Shown: positions 1 to 11,352 of the stretch, piece after piece
Numbering within the stretch: position 1 is the stretch's first letter
Layout of the letters: the number at the start of each line of letters is the position of its first letter
NCBI GenBank assembly: GCA_000091205.1
Contig: AP006492.2
Strand: one strand, 5' to 3'
DNA length: 64,000 nt
Source: Cyanidioschyzon merolae
Lineage: Eukaryota
Notes under the pieces: model-generated
Told to the model about the DNA's origin: nothing
Seen by the model: only the letters and a program-made list of their open reading frames with translations
Databases searched by the model: none
Made by a program: the position numbers and the translations under genes

Positions 1-1243
1 CATCAGAGGTGATAACGGTACGATCGTCACGCTGCCAGATGCACAGCATTACCCAGAGCATTTCGAAAGCCACTCGTATCTCAGCGTCAGTGCATTGCGC
101 GCTGTTTCGCTGCGCGCACTGTCGCAGGACTGCATATCCATATCGCCGGACGTGCACATACAACCACACGGCGCTCGCTATGGAACGCATGAAGACAGAG
201 CATCCATCCACGGCTGCCTCGGACCAGATACCATAAGGACAGGCCGACGACGCATGCCCAGCGTGCGCGGGACACGCGCTGTTTCAGTCTAGTGCTGAAC
301 CTTTCGCTGCCTTCGTTGACACCCTTGGCATGCAGCACATTCGCAGACTACCAATCGACGTGCCCCCGCAGACACCATTTCAGCGGATCCGCAGATTTAC
401 ATTCACGGTGAAGTGTTCAAGCTCGCATCCTTTTTCCGTGTTTCACTGTCGATGGCCACGGAACGTCTCACATCGACAGGTGCAAGCAGCATGTACCCGC
501 GCTCGATCGCTCCAGAGTCATGAAGCGCAGCGTCGCGTGCACGATATATCGCTTGGAGAAGTACCCATTTGCTGCTGGCTTTCAGAAATTCTGTTCACAG
601 AAACGTTATCGTCTGCAACCAGGAATATGGACAGAATGATAGCAAGTAGTTTCCTCTTGTATCGGGCCATTGTCGTCGAGTGCACTGCAGTGTGAAGCAG
701 AACAGGGTGTTCGCATCGTGTCGCGTCACGGACAGCGTACCAAGTCTCTGATGAACTTGCAGCGCAAACGCTTCATATTCCGCTGTCGAAGTCATGGCCC
801 ACGCGTTTATAGCAGAAGAGTAGCACCAAACCAGGTGAGCTGAGAGCAGTTTACATCCGAAGGGTGCCTACACTGCTGGCCGCAGTTTTACGACTTTTGA
901 GGCCTCGCTCGAGGCCAAAATACCCCGTTTCTGTGCTACACCTCTCATCATCGCACGCCGATATTCAAGAACGTCAAAAAAACGCTAAAGTCACCGAGTT
1001 TCAGTGCTAGTGCGATCCGCACCAGGTTGACTACGACTGCGGGTGCAGCTCGCTCAGCGCTCACCGCTGCTCGCCGCATATCAGTCGCTGCCAGCGCAGC
1101 GCTTGCCGGCGCATTCGACGTCTCGTTGGTTTTTCCCACAGCGTAACGAACGGGCGACAGCTGGTCAAAGCTGTAGCGCTTCGGCTACGAGCACACGACG
1201 CACAGACACTGGCCCACGGCTTGCCGAAGCGTGCGAGTGTGCC

Positions 1244-2131
1244 ATGGGTACGCATTCTGGGCATGAGAGAAACGGGGAGAGCGCACGTGGCGGGGCCCTG
1301 CAGCGTCTAGAGCGTCGCCTGGCTGCAGCCTGGGCCGAGCAGGACGCTTACCAAATCGAGCAGCTAGCTGGAATGATCTACGATAGGCTTGTACGCTCAG
1401 ATCCGTCAGCCGCTGCAACCGTGTTAGAACAGAATGCGCATCGCCTCGCGGTAGCGGGCAAACCAGCTGAAGCAGCGGAGCTGGCGACGCGTTTGATTCG
1501 GCACTGGCGCGAGCTCGAGCAGCGACCTTTCTACCTCGCGCGACTCCAGCAGATGGTGCTCGAACCGTTGCAAGCTCTGAGTGGAGTCGAAGCTGCGCGG
1601 GCGCGCACCATGGTTCTCGAAGCTGTCCTGGCCTGGAAACGAGCATCGGCGACGGTGGACACAGAAGAGGCGGCACCCGCAGAGCTCGCACCCGTACAGG
1701 ACGCACTCGTAGACGCGTATGTGCTCTGCGGTGAATGGGCACGCGCTCAATACCAAGTAGTCTGTCGAGGCGGACCTGCTGAACGCGATCTTGCCTTCAT
1801 CGACGAGCAGCTAGGTCCGCATCTTGCAAACGATGTGGAAAGGATGCTGGCTCGAACTCGTTTGGTTCTCTTCTACGTGCTGGCTGGCAACCTGAAAGCA
1901 GGCCGGGCATTGGTCGAAGAGATTCAGCGAAAGCACCCAACTGCCCCGATGACGAACTTTGTAGTCATCCTGATGCAGGTTCTCGAGCGCGCCCGAAACG
2001 TCGACAGCAGCAAACGCCGCCTATTGCGAAACTTTTGCGATGACCTCAAGCGAGTCTATCATTGGGCGTTTTCTCTGGATCCTGAGCTTGATGCCATGCT
2101 TGATGATGTGCTCAAAGCTCAAGGTTTGTAG
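1244..2131 (+). CDS. GET4: GET4/TRC35-family protein (DUF410), tail-anchored protein insertion cofactor
   Basis: N-terminal 'ERNGESARGGALQRLERRLAAAWAEQDAYQIEQ...' matches the GET4 opening block (GG.QR.E..L......Y......). Later blocks 'RLVLFYVLAGNLKAGRALVEEIQRKHPT' and 'PMTNFVVILMQVL' parallel the TRC35 segments '...[26 protein letters not shown]' and 'PLLNFIWFLLL' as recalled. The start was moved to the internal ATG at 1244; the track ORF begins at 1043 with a non-homologous Ser/Arg-rich stretch. Confidence 0.6.
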   Translation: MGTHSGHERNGESARGGALQRLERRLAAAWAEQDAYQIEQLAGMIYDRLVRSDPSAAATVLEQNAHRLAVAGKPAEAAELATRLIRHWRELEQRPFYLARLQQMVLEPLQALSGVEAARARTMVLEAVLAWKRASATVDTEEAAPAELAPVQDALVDAYVLCGEWARAQYQVVCRGGPAERDLAFIDEQLGPHLANDVERMLARTRLVLFYVLAGNLKAGRALVEEIQRKHPTAPMTNFVVILMQVLERARNVDSSKRRLLRNFCDDLKRVYHWAFSLDPELDAMLDDVLKAQGL

Positions 2132-5100
2132 AACATCACTCACGCGGGTTCAAAAAATGCGATATCCCGAAGATGGGTATCGTGGCGTGATCTGGGCGAG
2201 CGCATGTTTTCGTCCGCAGTGCAGGCTCGACGCCAACCAACAGGCATCATCGTCGTGCACGTCACGGGCGACGCGGGTTGTAGCCCGCCATAAAGAGCAT
2301 GTTGTAGATGCACAGCAATTCGGGATAAGTTTGAGCCCTTGAGCGATCGATGAGAGGGGTCCGGTGGAGAAGGTCGCATCGCCAGTATCGAGACCCTGAG
2401 ACGAACGTGTCGCCCTGGTATCTGATGATCTGCTCTGTGTGGAGACGCTGGGAGGTTGGTTGGGCTGCGCGGTGTCTCTCTGAGGGCACGTCACCGAAGG
2501 CGGAGTCTGAAACGATCGCACAACGCTGCGTTTTCATGGATGCAAGACTAGTTTTCCCGGTGCTGGAGCGCGAATCCTAGGCTTGCTGACCGCTGCAAGT
2601 CACCGCGCTTGAACGCGTCCTGGTGCTTTCTCCAGCCCGAGAGGTTCCTGTGCAAGTACCCTGGAAGTAGCCCATAATGTTTGCCACACAACGGCACACA
2701 GCGATAGGTATCCAATATCGCATCCATATTCCGATCAATACTGATCGGCTTGGTGTTGTGCTTGTACCAGCAATGTTTCGATTCCATGAAGAACGTCGCG
2801 AGTTGCTTCTCAGGCGTGCAGGTGCAAGGTCGGCGCCCCGGTTAAATGCAATCCATGGCAACTATTGAGGTATGCGCAGTAATATGGAATCATGGAATAC
2901 CCGGATCGTTCATGAATTGTCCAAAACAATCCCTTCTGATGTACGTAAACGGTCCTGCAGCCTTTTTTGGATTGATGAAGCGTTCCATACCAGGGTCTTA
3001 TTCGAGCGAGGAATGCAATTTGCTCTCTTCTGGCCACTGATCTATGCTTATCCGAAGTTTTTAGCGTTTGAGCACGCAGCCCGAACTACGCACAAAACGA
3101 TATTCTCGAAGCTTCGCTTGGCTCTACGCCGCTGGTCGCTCCGAAAGAACGAGGCATTTCCGGTCGTTGACTGAGGTACTGGATCCTAGGTGCAGAGAGT
3201 GCCAGCGTGCATTATTGCTCGTGGAATCATCCCATAGCAAGCCTCTAACCCCTAAATTGCCTCGTTACGTGACGTTCGGTTCGCATCCTATACACCCTCT
3301 CGTGTATCTGTCTCTGGATGGATCTCTTGCTCCCTGCGATTTTTCAGCGTGCATCCGCGCCTGCGATGCGTGTTCGTCGATCTGAACTTTTCCATACAAA
3401 TTTGGTAGAACCGATACCTACACGATTTGTAAGCGCTCGATGAATGACATGGGTGCAGCGCCTGTGCGCTGCTGTTCGTCAAGCGTCATGGGCTTCCACC
3501 GAACGACGCAATCTATCGCGTGTTCCCTTGCGAACTCTTTGAAAAAATGGCCAATGCACGCTTCTAGTCTCAATCGAATCGAAACTGCTCGTAACCCAAG
3601 CTCCACTTCATGCATTCGTGCCAGAGATCGTCCCGCGTGAAAGAGCAAGACGCTCATGTATGCTCTGAACGAAACAAAGAATGCAGCACTCTCTGCACCA
3701 TGTGGTGCTCAGAGCATCGAAATGGATTCTGACGTCGTCATTCCACTTAATGGTATGCGTCCTGGCGTCCACCATTCCCGACGCTCGATAAGACCGATCC
3801 CCCCGAAAACTTATAGATCACATCGCATCTCTTGCCTCGAGCATCCGCTGGGATGTCGCACTAGGATTTGCTCAAAAAGTTCCGGTGGAATGCGAACAGC
3901 TGGGTGCCCTGCATCCAGGGCTCGTCCGAGCAGTTGCTCGATGAGTTGTGTCAAGGCGAGGAAAGCTGGGCGAGCGCTCCTCAAGTAGGAGACGAAACCA
4001 TCCAAAATTGTACCTAGAAACTCGTTCTTTGAAAAATGCTCCCTGCTGGTCCGTTCTAGAGAGAAGGCCTTGACAACAGTTTCAGACTGATGTGTTCGCA
4101 ACGACACTTGATCGTCTTTGGCTTTCCTCATTCATTTTCACTGAGCATCTTGCTCTTCTTTGTCCGGCGATTTCTGCTCCCTCTCTTCAGATTGGCGGAT
4201 TGACGTGGATGTGATCGGTGTGACCCACATGCGTTCTTCCTCGGGATTCGGACACGCTGGGCGGACGGTGCCTCTAAACTCGCACTCTCGATGTACGTCA
4301 ATAATATTCCTCAAGTAAGTTTGTGTCTTCGTGCCCGACGCGAGCACGCTAGCGGTCTGAAGCGCGCCTCTCCGTTCCGCCCCCGTAGACGATCAGAGGA
4401 GCAAGGGAGCCCTGCTGGACTGGGGCAGGTAAAGAAAGACTCGCCAAAGAACGGTTCTACGGATGCGAACGACCCGCCGCTGGATTCTTTAGCATAGAAA
4501 TGGCATTTGACACCGGAGATGACGCTTTGGTCGGGTCTGTACCACGGAAAATAAGCTGGCATGCACAGCAACCTAACGAAAATTACAGCCTTGTTCTCTT
4601 TGACAGCCGTTGAGTCATGGAATGCGAAGATGTCTTAGACCGGAACGGAAGAACGCGGAACGGAACACCCACGTCGTAATGCGTCAGCGAAGAATGGGGT
4701 GCCAAACGATATCGTCCATTTAGTGAGATATGCAGGCGACCGTACAACGGCTACATCGCCAGGGCTGATTTGCTCGCCATGCTCGCTTATCTCTGCGTTA
4801 CGAACAGTTGCTCGCCCGTCATGAACTACCCTTGTATGGTTCAACCATTCCCCTCGACTACAGCCGCAGCGATTGAGACGATGTCCCGTGCCAGGTGGAA
4901 TACGTGCTCGCATCTCACGACGCGAACGATCGCGGGCTCCGCAATGCCCGACGCTCTCCGATAGAAGCGCGCTTTTTCTTTCCCATCTGAGTACTTTCAT
5001 CCCTGTGCGTATGGACGAGACGTAAGCGGCACATCCTATAGCTTCATTTGTAGTGTTTCGGAAAGAACGTATAGAGCGCAATAAATTGACTTCGAGACAT

Positions 5101-5580
5101 TCATTTCGACAGCGTTGGATATGTTCTCTCGTGGAGGCTTGGCACCCAGGATATGAACCACGGCATGCGTCATTCATCATCACCGTGCTGATCGTAGAAC
5201 GTCGGACGCTTTCATCTAATATGTTTTTCTGCAAGCAACTAGTCACAACGTAAAATCTTTCCGCAACCTCTCTCCAGTTCACATCGTACTTTTCTTTTAT
5301 TTTTTACCCTGGAAAAAATCAAACAAAGACGACAAATAAGATCTGGCACAGGTGTTCAAGAATCCGATCCCTCAAGTACCATACGCACGCTCGATACACA
5401 TCGAACGTGCTGCGAATGGAGTTTATTTGCATCGCACGGAAGCTCCGGGACGCCGTCGGCCGTGCTCGTGTTTGCACCAGAGGCCGCTGGGAAGCCCAAA
5501 ACGTCACCGAGTCTTAGTGGCAGTCACACGAGCACCGGTGGCAACTTTGAAGCAAATCTTTTATCAGTGATACGCTGACT

Positions 5581-5708
5581 GCACATGCACATGCACACGC
5601 ACATGCACACGCACACGCACATGCACATGCACATGCACATGCACACGCACATGCACACGCACATGCACACGCACACGCACACGCACACGCACACGCACAT
5701 GCACACGC
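5581..5708. repeat. Hexanucleotide microsatellite (CACAYG)n, about 21 units
   Basis: Direct read: cacatgcacatgcacacgcacatgcacacgcacacg... runs uninterrupted for ~128 bp. It lies ~150 bp downstream of the stop of the homeodomain-MBD gene. Track ORFs 5524..5706 (MCVCVC...) and 5564..5797 (VRVRV...) are translations of this repeat. Confidence 0.95.
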
Positions 5709-5858
5709 ATCAAGTGCGCGTCGCGGCCGCCAGTAGATCCTAGCCCTCGAGCCCTAAACGGCATACAGGGATGAATGCGCGTACCATCGAGGTACACGCA
5801 TCTGTCGACAGCTCATTCAACAAAGTGTGCTCATGGCTGCATGATTCATAGGCACATC

Positions 5859-8342
5859 TTATCGGTCAAGGAAGCGTGCAACCTCTTTCAGTGAACGGAA
5901 TTTGCGTCCGTCCGGGGATACATAGACACGATCGATGCGTCCGGCTAGGGATCCACCTTTGCGGATTTGCTCCTCGAGTCGCCAGCCCGGTGGGAGCGTC
6001 AGCGTCAGCGACGGTTTGCGTCCACCCCGATGACGACGGTCCGTCGCTCCAGCACCAACAACGAGGCCGTTCTGACCTGCCACGATCTCCGTCTGGTCAA
6101 GCATTCGGCGGGTTTCCTCATTCACCCTATGGCCAGTGCGGTGGCGTTTGCGCTTACGGGCAAGTGCACGATCACTGTCTTTTTTGATCACTGGCAGTGA
6201 CGATCGCGGAAATCGATGAGCGGGTTTCGAAAGTCTCGCAGCTGCACTTGCTGGCGATGTCAGCGGTGAGGTCGACGACGAACGCATCGCCGACGCGTTC
6301 CTGTTCCGAAGGGCCAAAGCCTCTTCCCGGGACGACCTGCGGGGGCGGCGGAGACCCTGCTCCGCATCTCGAGCTGGTTCTTCTGCTTCATCGCTCCATG
6401 CTTCCTCGGAGTCGTCTCCGTCGCTTAGCTCGTGGGTGTACCACGCCCGATGCGGATACATTTGCGCAGCCGGTGCGGCTATTGTCGACCGCGGGAGCGC
6501 ACGCGGTAGCGATTCGGAGACAGCGTGAGGAGCCCTTGCCGTGCTGCGCGACGCGTTCAGCGTCGCAAGACGCTGAGCGGCTTCGAGTGCTCTAAAGTTC
6601 GAGTCAGCTGCATTTGAATCCTCCGCTCTCGACGATTCGGCGGGAGGTGCGGCCCCGAGTGCGCGCCTCGTCACAGCGGGGGGTGCTTTGCTTTTGACCT
6701 GCCAGTGGTCCGCACCACGCCAGATGGCGTACGGACGAAGCTGATCCAGGTGGAACCATTCGTCACTGCCGTCCGCGAAAGCGACGAGAAAGCCCTTGCG
6801 TGCTAAAAAATTTCGAACTTGGCCAACAGTCCAACAGCAGCCGTGGCCACTGGTGGACGCAGTGCGCGACGGCATGTCCGTCGAGCTTGTGCTCTTTCCT
6901 TGGATTTGATCGACCGCTGCCTGTTCTGCAGTGCTTGTCGAAGCGGATGGTGTCGCTGATGTTCCCGCACGTCCATGAGACAGCGACAAAAGCGCCTCTA
7001 CAGCTTCGCCAACACCGGGACGCCATTCTGGCATTGGTGGCGGGGGATACGGCCTCAACCGTGCGCCCAGCACAACCCGGTGCGGGCCCTCGGGCATTGC
7101 TCCCGTTCCCCCAGCTGCAGCACCTTGAACATTTGCAGGGCATGCGCCAGCTGTTTCCGAGTTAGCACAAGCATCTGCCCGGATGCGGAGCACCTCGTCT
7201 GCACTGAGGAATGCAATTTCATAGGCGGTCTTCGTCAACGGTGAAACATCATCGTATTCGCACACGCGATTGATACCATCATCCTGCGCGATTTCCACCG
7301 CTGAGAGAAGCGACTCGGTGCTTGATGGCCATGAAACGTCCGCCGAGATAATCCGCGCCGGACACCAGGCCCGGGCTGCTCCCGCTGAATCTAACAGCTC
7401 CACAACCTCGCCCGGCTTGTAGACTCGCTGGCACTGAAGCCGCGGCGTGGGCGGTATGCCCATTGCCGTCGACCGATGTGGAGACTGTAGAATCGCTGGC
7501 GGCTCTGAGCGAACCGGAACACATCTCCAGTTCGAATCTGGAATCGCCGCTGGTTCCTTTTGCCCGTTGTCCGCAAAAGACCCTGTATTCGACCAGTCTT
7601 GCCCCAGGGCACCGTAAGCGGGCGAGATTCGCAGCACCGAATCCGGTCGAGGCGATATCAACGGCGACGATTGCGACTGGCCCCCGGCGCCCGGTTTCGC
7701 AGCTCGACCACGTTCGTGAGGCCGCTTTGGACGTCTACGCGGCGCCGCATCCACAGTGGAATCTTGTTGCGAAGCGGAGCTTTGCATCGGCCCTAAATCC
7801 TGGGCAATCGATACAGGATTGTACATCCTTGCCTCAAGCTGGCTATCGCCTGATGGTGCCTGAGCATTCCAGGCACTCGTTGAGCGAGGCAAACTTGCGT
7901 TGGACGAGACTGCGTCGGTGGTCCCCGATGGCCCAGCGGCACGCAGCCCACGAGACTCTGAGGCCGTGCGCTTCCCCGGGGTCCGTGCGCGGCGATTCTT
8001 GAACCATAAGCGACAGGAGCGAACTGGAACGCCACTTGCCGAAGACAGCGCCTGCAACTCCGCTGTGCTCGGCATTGGATTCTGCTCGAAGACGGTTTTC
8101 AGCATCTGCATCTGCTCTGGCGTAAAGCGATGCCTCTTCATTCGTGACGCTTCTTCGGAAGATCGTTCGCTTTGAGTCGCTGCTCGGCCATCCGAGTGCG
8201 AGCCCTCAGTGCCACGAGCCAGAGCGTCCACTGCGTCCGCTGTTCGAAACTCGTGCTCAGCGGGTGCCCACGTCGGCAGCGGTGAATGCACCAAACTGTG
8301 ACCGGCAACGTCCATTGGCCTCTCACAACAAAAGGGTAGCAC
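5859..8342 (-). CDS. Chromatin-associated protein with homeodomain, two Tudor/Agenet-like modules and a C-terminal methyl-CpG-binding domain (MBD)
   Basis: Homeodomain: 'KRHRFTPEQMQMLKTVFEQNPMPSTAELQALSSASGVPVRSCRLWFKNRRAR' carries the WFxNRR recognition-helix signature. MBD at the extreme C-terminus: 'LPPGWRLEEQIRKGGSLAGRIDRVYVSPDGRKFRSLKEVARFL' aligns almost residue-for-residue with MBD2/MeCP2 (PxGW...R..G.SAGK.DVYY.SP.GKKFRS...A.YL). Two internal barrel-like blocks, 'VYKPGEVVELLDSAGAARAWCPARII' and 'WTVGQVRNFLARKGFLVAFADGSDEWFHLDQLRPY', look like Tudor/Agenet/PWWP folds. Low-complexity Ser/Ala/Pro linkers sit between the domains. Confidence 0.7.
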   Translation of the reverse strand: MLPFCCERPMDVAGHSLVHSPLPTWAPAEHEFRTADAVDALARGTEGSHSDGRAATQSERSSEEASRMKRHRFTPEQMQMLKTVFEQNPMPSTAELQALSSASGVPVRSCRLWFKNRRARTPGKRTASESRGLRAAGPSGTTDAVSSNASLPRSTSAWNAQAPSGDSQLEARMYNPVSIAQDLGPMQSSASQQDSTVDAAPRRRPKRPHERGRAAKPGAGGQSQSSPLISPRPDSVLRISPAYGALGQDWSNTGSFADNGQKEPAAIPDSNWRCVPVRSEPPAILQSPHRSTAMGIPPTPRLQCQRVYKPGEVVELLDSAGAARAWCPARIISADVSWPSSTESLLSAVEIAQDDGINRVCEYDDVSPLTKTAYEIAFLSADEVLRIRADACANSETAGACPANVQGAAAGGTGAMPEGPHRVVLGARLRPYPPPPMPEWRPGVGEAVEALLSLSHGRAGTSATPSASTSTAEQAAVDQIQGKSTSSTDMPSRTASTSGHGCCWTVGQVRNFLARKGFLVAFADGSDEWFHLDQLRPYAIWRGADHWQVKSKAPPAVTRRALGAAPPAESSRAEDSNAADSNFRALEAAQRLATLNASRSTARAPHAVSESLPRALPRSTIAAPAAQMYPHRAWYTHELSDGDDSEEAWSDEAEEPARDAEQGLRRPRRSSREEALALRNRNASAMRSSSTSPLTSPASAAARLSKPAHRFPRSSLPVIKKDSDRALARKRKRHRTGHRVNEETRRMLDQTEIVAGQNGLVVGAGATDRRHRGGRKPSLTLTLPPGWRLEEQIRKGGSLAGRIDRVYVSPDGRKFRSLKEVARFLDR

Positions 8343-8713
8343 GGGCTGTACGATAAAATGCCCACTGGCTAGTGTTCAGGGCGGCCAACGCAAGCGGCCC
8401 CGGTGCCGCTGGCTTCCGCAAAGCCAAGCGTTCTTCCGAACACACGCGCACCAGAAAGTGCCGTTCGCAAGCGTTCGTTGCTAACTTCCGTGACTTTTCT
8501 ACAGTCACTCAGTGATGGCAGGCTCGAAAAAGCCCACTGGAAAACTGCGGTTTCCGCGCGAGGCTGCACGCAACGGAGCTGAGCGTCGCAAGCAGTAGAG
8601 ACCGGCTACGTTGATTTGCAGCGTCTCGTGGCGATCGCCGAACACGCAGCGAATCTCGGGCTTTGCAGTTGGCTTGCGGAGGTTGGCGCGCTGCGCACAC
8701 GCCGAACGCCTGG

Positions 8714-8737
8714 CAGCAGCAGCAGCAGCAGCAGCAG
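8714..8737. repeat. (CAG)8 trinucleotide repeat
   Basis: Direct read: cagcagcagcagcagcagcagcag. It sits ~370 bp upstream of the ATG of the homeodomain-MBD gene. It explains the poly-Q, poly-A and poly-C artefact ORFs in that region. Confidence 0.95.
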
Positions 8738-8805
8738 CCTGCCACATGCCATCGCGCTGTGCGTGCGCCGGCGGTGCGCTCATTGTGCGCGTTTCCCGCG
8801 CATGC

Positions 8806-8823
8806 CGATCGATCGATCGATCG
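8806..8823. repeat. (CGAT)4.5 tetranucleotide repeat, which creates four tandem GATC sites
   Basis: Direct read: ccgatcgatcgatcgatcgg. It lies in the same upstream region as the CAG repeat. Confidence 0.9.
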
Positions 8824-11041
8824 GCAGCGTCGGCACGCATCGGCAGGCTGGGTCGGATGCTGCTGTAAGGCATTGTATACACACGAGTCGTGATCTCCGT
8901 AGATGCGTACGGATGGTGATAATGGTAATGGTGATGATTCGCGGCGCTGGGCGGTCGTCGTGCGAATGAACCACTGCTGTCCTTGATGCTGTTAACGAAC
9001 GCGCACTCTGAGATCCGTGGTAAGACTGGACGACTCTTGAAGTTGAAGGAATTGCGGGTGGAAGGCCGATCGCCTGGGGCCCCAGACGCAACGTCGCTGC
9101 GCTGCTCTACATCCACGCCAGGCTAGAATGGGGAGCTTTTTCAAAGCAGCTTTGGTGTACAGTGCAAAGATTTCGATTATTCCGATAGTTATCAGAATCG
9201 ACTTTTCGGGATCTTTTTTCAATTGGTTTTCTTTCTGCTCCCCGTCTTTGAATACGCAGGTCTCTGCTATCAATCAAACACAATTATTGGCAGTGGCAGG
9301 GTATTGATGACAGCGTCATGGTCTAGATTTCGTTACTTGTCGCTGTTATGCTCAGACTTTTGATGTGCAGGTAAAAGTTGCGATGTGCGCTTCGTTCGCT
9401 ATGTTCATCTTGGTCGTAGACCGCCTTGGTGTGCGTTTCGCAGCGTGAAACTCAACTGCGTTCAGATAGTTGCATATGTGTGCGAGAACCCCTCCTATGA
9501 AGGTCACTATGTCATGCAAGAAAGCTTGCTTCATCGCTCGGCGCATGCCCCTCACGAGAATAGAAGGCCCGCTGTGATGCCCGGCTCCATTTTCGCGCTC
9601 GTTGCAGTACCTGACCGTGACCGGCTTCGGCTGAGCGATCCCTCGGCGAGTGCGGTGTCCGCTGCACGTGCAAGCGCATGCTGTTGGATTCAATGGGGGA
9701 TTTGTGGAGCGCCATGATGTTCTTGATCAGAAAGCACCAGCGGGATAATTCAGGATGGAAACCAAGTCGGGAAATTTCGATCCATTTACGCGTCCTTCTT
9801 CCAGAACGGTAACGAACTCTCCACCGGAGGCTATAGAGTCCGAGTAGAAAACCCTTTCCAAGCAAACGGAAGAGATAGCGAGCCTCTGGGAGCGTATCCT
9901 ATCAGGTTGTATGCTATGGGGGAATGCATTTTCGTCGATAGCTATTTAAAGAGGATGATTTATCTTTTCAAAGGCGCCGATTATATAGCGTGGCCAGTTG
10001 CGCGAGCGTTCCGCTTGAGCATGTGTAGAAGTTTTCAAGGGACGACGTCGAAGGCGTTTCGTCCCCAATCCAACGGTACGAGTTGCTGCGCCCAGAAGTT
10101 GCGTTGGAGCAGAAAAATACAACACTTAAAGAATGCGTGATTTGATTACTCCACACGTAAGGAACAGAGAAGCGTGGAGATTTTATTTATGAACCGGATA
10201 CTAATATCGGTTAGTTTACGGATCCTTGTTAAAGGGGGCGTCGCATATCACCTGGGTTCTCGAGGTGTCACGAATTTCAGCGACAGCGCGTCGAGCGAGC
10301 CACTCCGAAACAGCGCCAGAGAATCCAAAAACTACACACGAACCCGTAACATCTTATTACTGTACCTCGAGCGTCGAAGCACCACATCTGAGACCAGTGT
10401 CGGAAATAAATGCTAGGCCCAAACATGGGCACTACTCCCGTGCGCCATTTTCATCAGAGACGGATACAGTCGAGCGCGATCCAAGATGCCGCATCGGCTG
10501 CAAGTTGGCTGCGTTTGCCGGTGGAGCGTCAAGAACGTAAACATCAAGATATTCCTGGAACGCGCATGCGTCGCATACATCTCCGGGGAAACGGATGTCT
10601 TTCGAGTGCACCAGCACCAGGCAAGCTGAATATACCTTGGATCTTGGAGACTGGTGTGCTCAAAGTTGATAACTCCGTGCCACATGTGCTGTCATGCGCC
10701 ACGTGTGAGTCTGAGCTTTTCGTAGAGCATTTTATGCATACCGTCGGAGTGCTATGTCTATAGCATGTAGAGTGCTACTAAATCACGCTGTCGCAATCCA
10801 CTCACCAACAAGTAGTTTCGAGACATGTCTTACAATTCAGTTGCACTATGCCAAAGTTCTCACGTGCCAAAAACTCATAGCTAGCGACTGAGGTATTCTT
10901 GACAGACGGATCGACAGAGAGACCTAGTTTGCTATACGAGTGCGACTCACACCTTGAACCGTGTCTCGATCAAGGTTGGCACGGTTCGATGCAACTACCA
11001 ATCAAATGCACCGAATCATCATAGGGCGCGCGCGTGCAGCT

Positions 11042-11202
11042 GCGGCGATAGCCCGTGCAATAACAGGACGGCTCGCAGAAAAAGTACAGTTCTATACAAA
11101 TTGGCCATCGGCCGATGCCGGGCGGCGGCAGCCCGTGCAATTAATGGACGGCTCGCAGAAACTGCACACTTCTACACAAATTGGGTGTCGGCCAGTGCCG
11201 AG
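11042..11202. repeat. Tandem direct repeat, 2 x ~80 bp at ~85% identity, in the 5' region of the ABC-F gene
   Basis: Copy 1 is gcggcgatagcccgtgcaataacaggacggctcgcagaaaaagtacagttctatacaaattggccatcggccgatgccgg. Copy 2 is gcggcggcagcccgtgcaattaatggacggctcgcagaaactgcacacttctacacaaattgggtgtcggccagtgccgag. The ~80-bp period is not a multiple of 3, so the two copies translate differently; the repeat is non-coding. Confidence 0.9.
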
Positions 11203-11352
11203 CCCTGCGGCCGTACCCTCGTGTGCGCCCAGACTGATGCCGAGATAGCGGCTGGTATCGCTGCTCGTGCCGGGCGGCTTTAGAACGCTGCCGATTCACG
11301 CCCGTTTAGGAAGCAGGAAACCACTTTACTGAGAAGTTTATCGACGTAGACC

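Noticed and set aside
4635-5282. 215-aa minus-strand ORF between the GET4 and homeodomain-MBD genes
   Set aside because: Its Arg/Cys/Ser-rich composition does not look protein-like and no motif was recognised. It is probably a chance ORF in the 3' intergenic region.
5524-5797. Track ORFs encoding poly-(Cys-Val/Met) and poly-(Val-Arg/His) peptides
   Set aside because: They are direct translations of the (CACAYG)n microsatellite in two frames, not genes.
8505-9116. 203-aa minus-strand ORF and overlapping ORFs with poly-Ala, poly-Cys and poly-Gln runs
   Set aside because: They are driven by the (CAG)8 and (CGAT)n repeats and GC-rich low-complexity sequence immediately upstream of the homeodomain-MBD gene. 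There is no domain and no plausible start context. They are treated as 5' flank.
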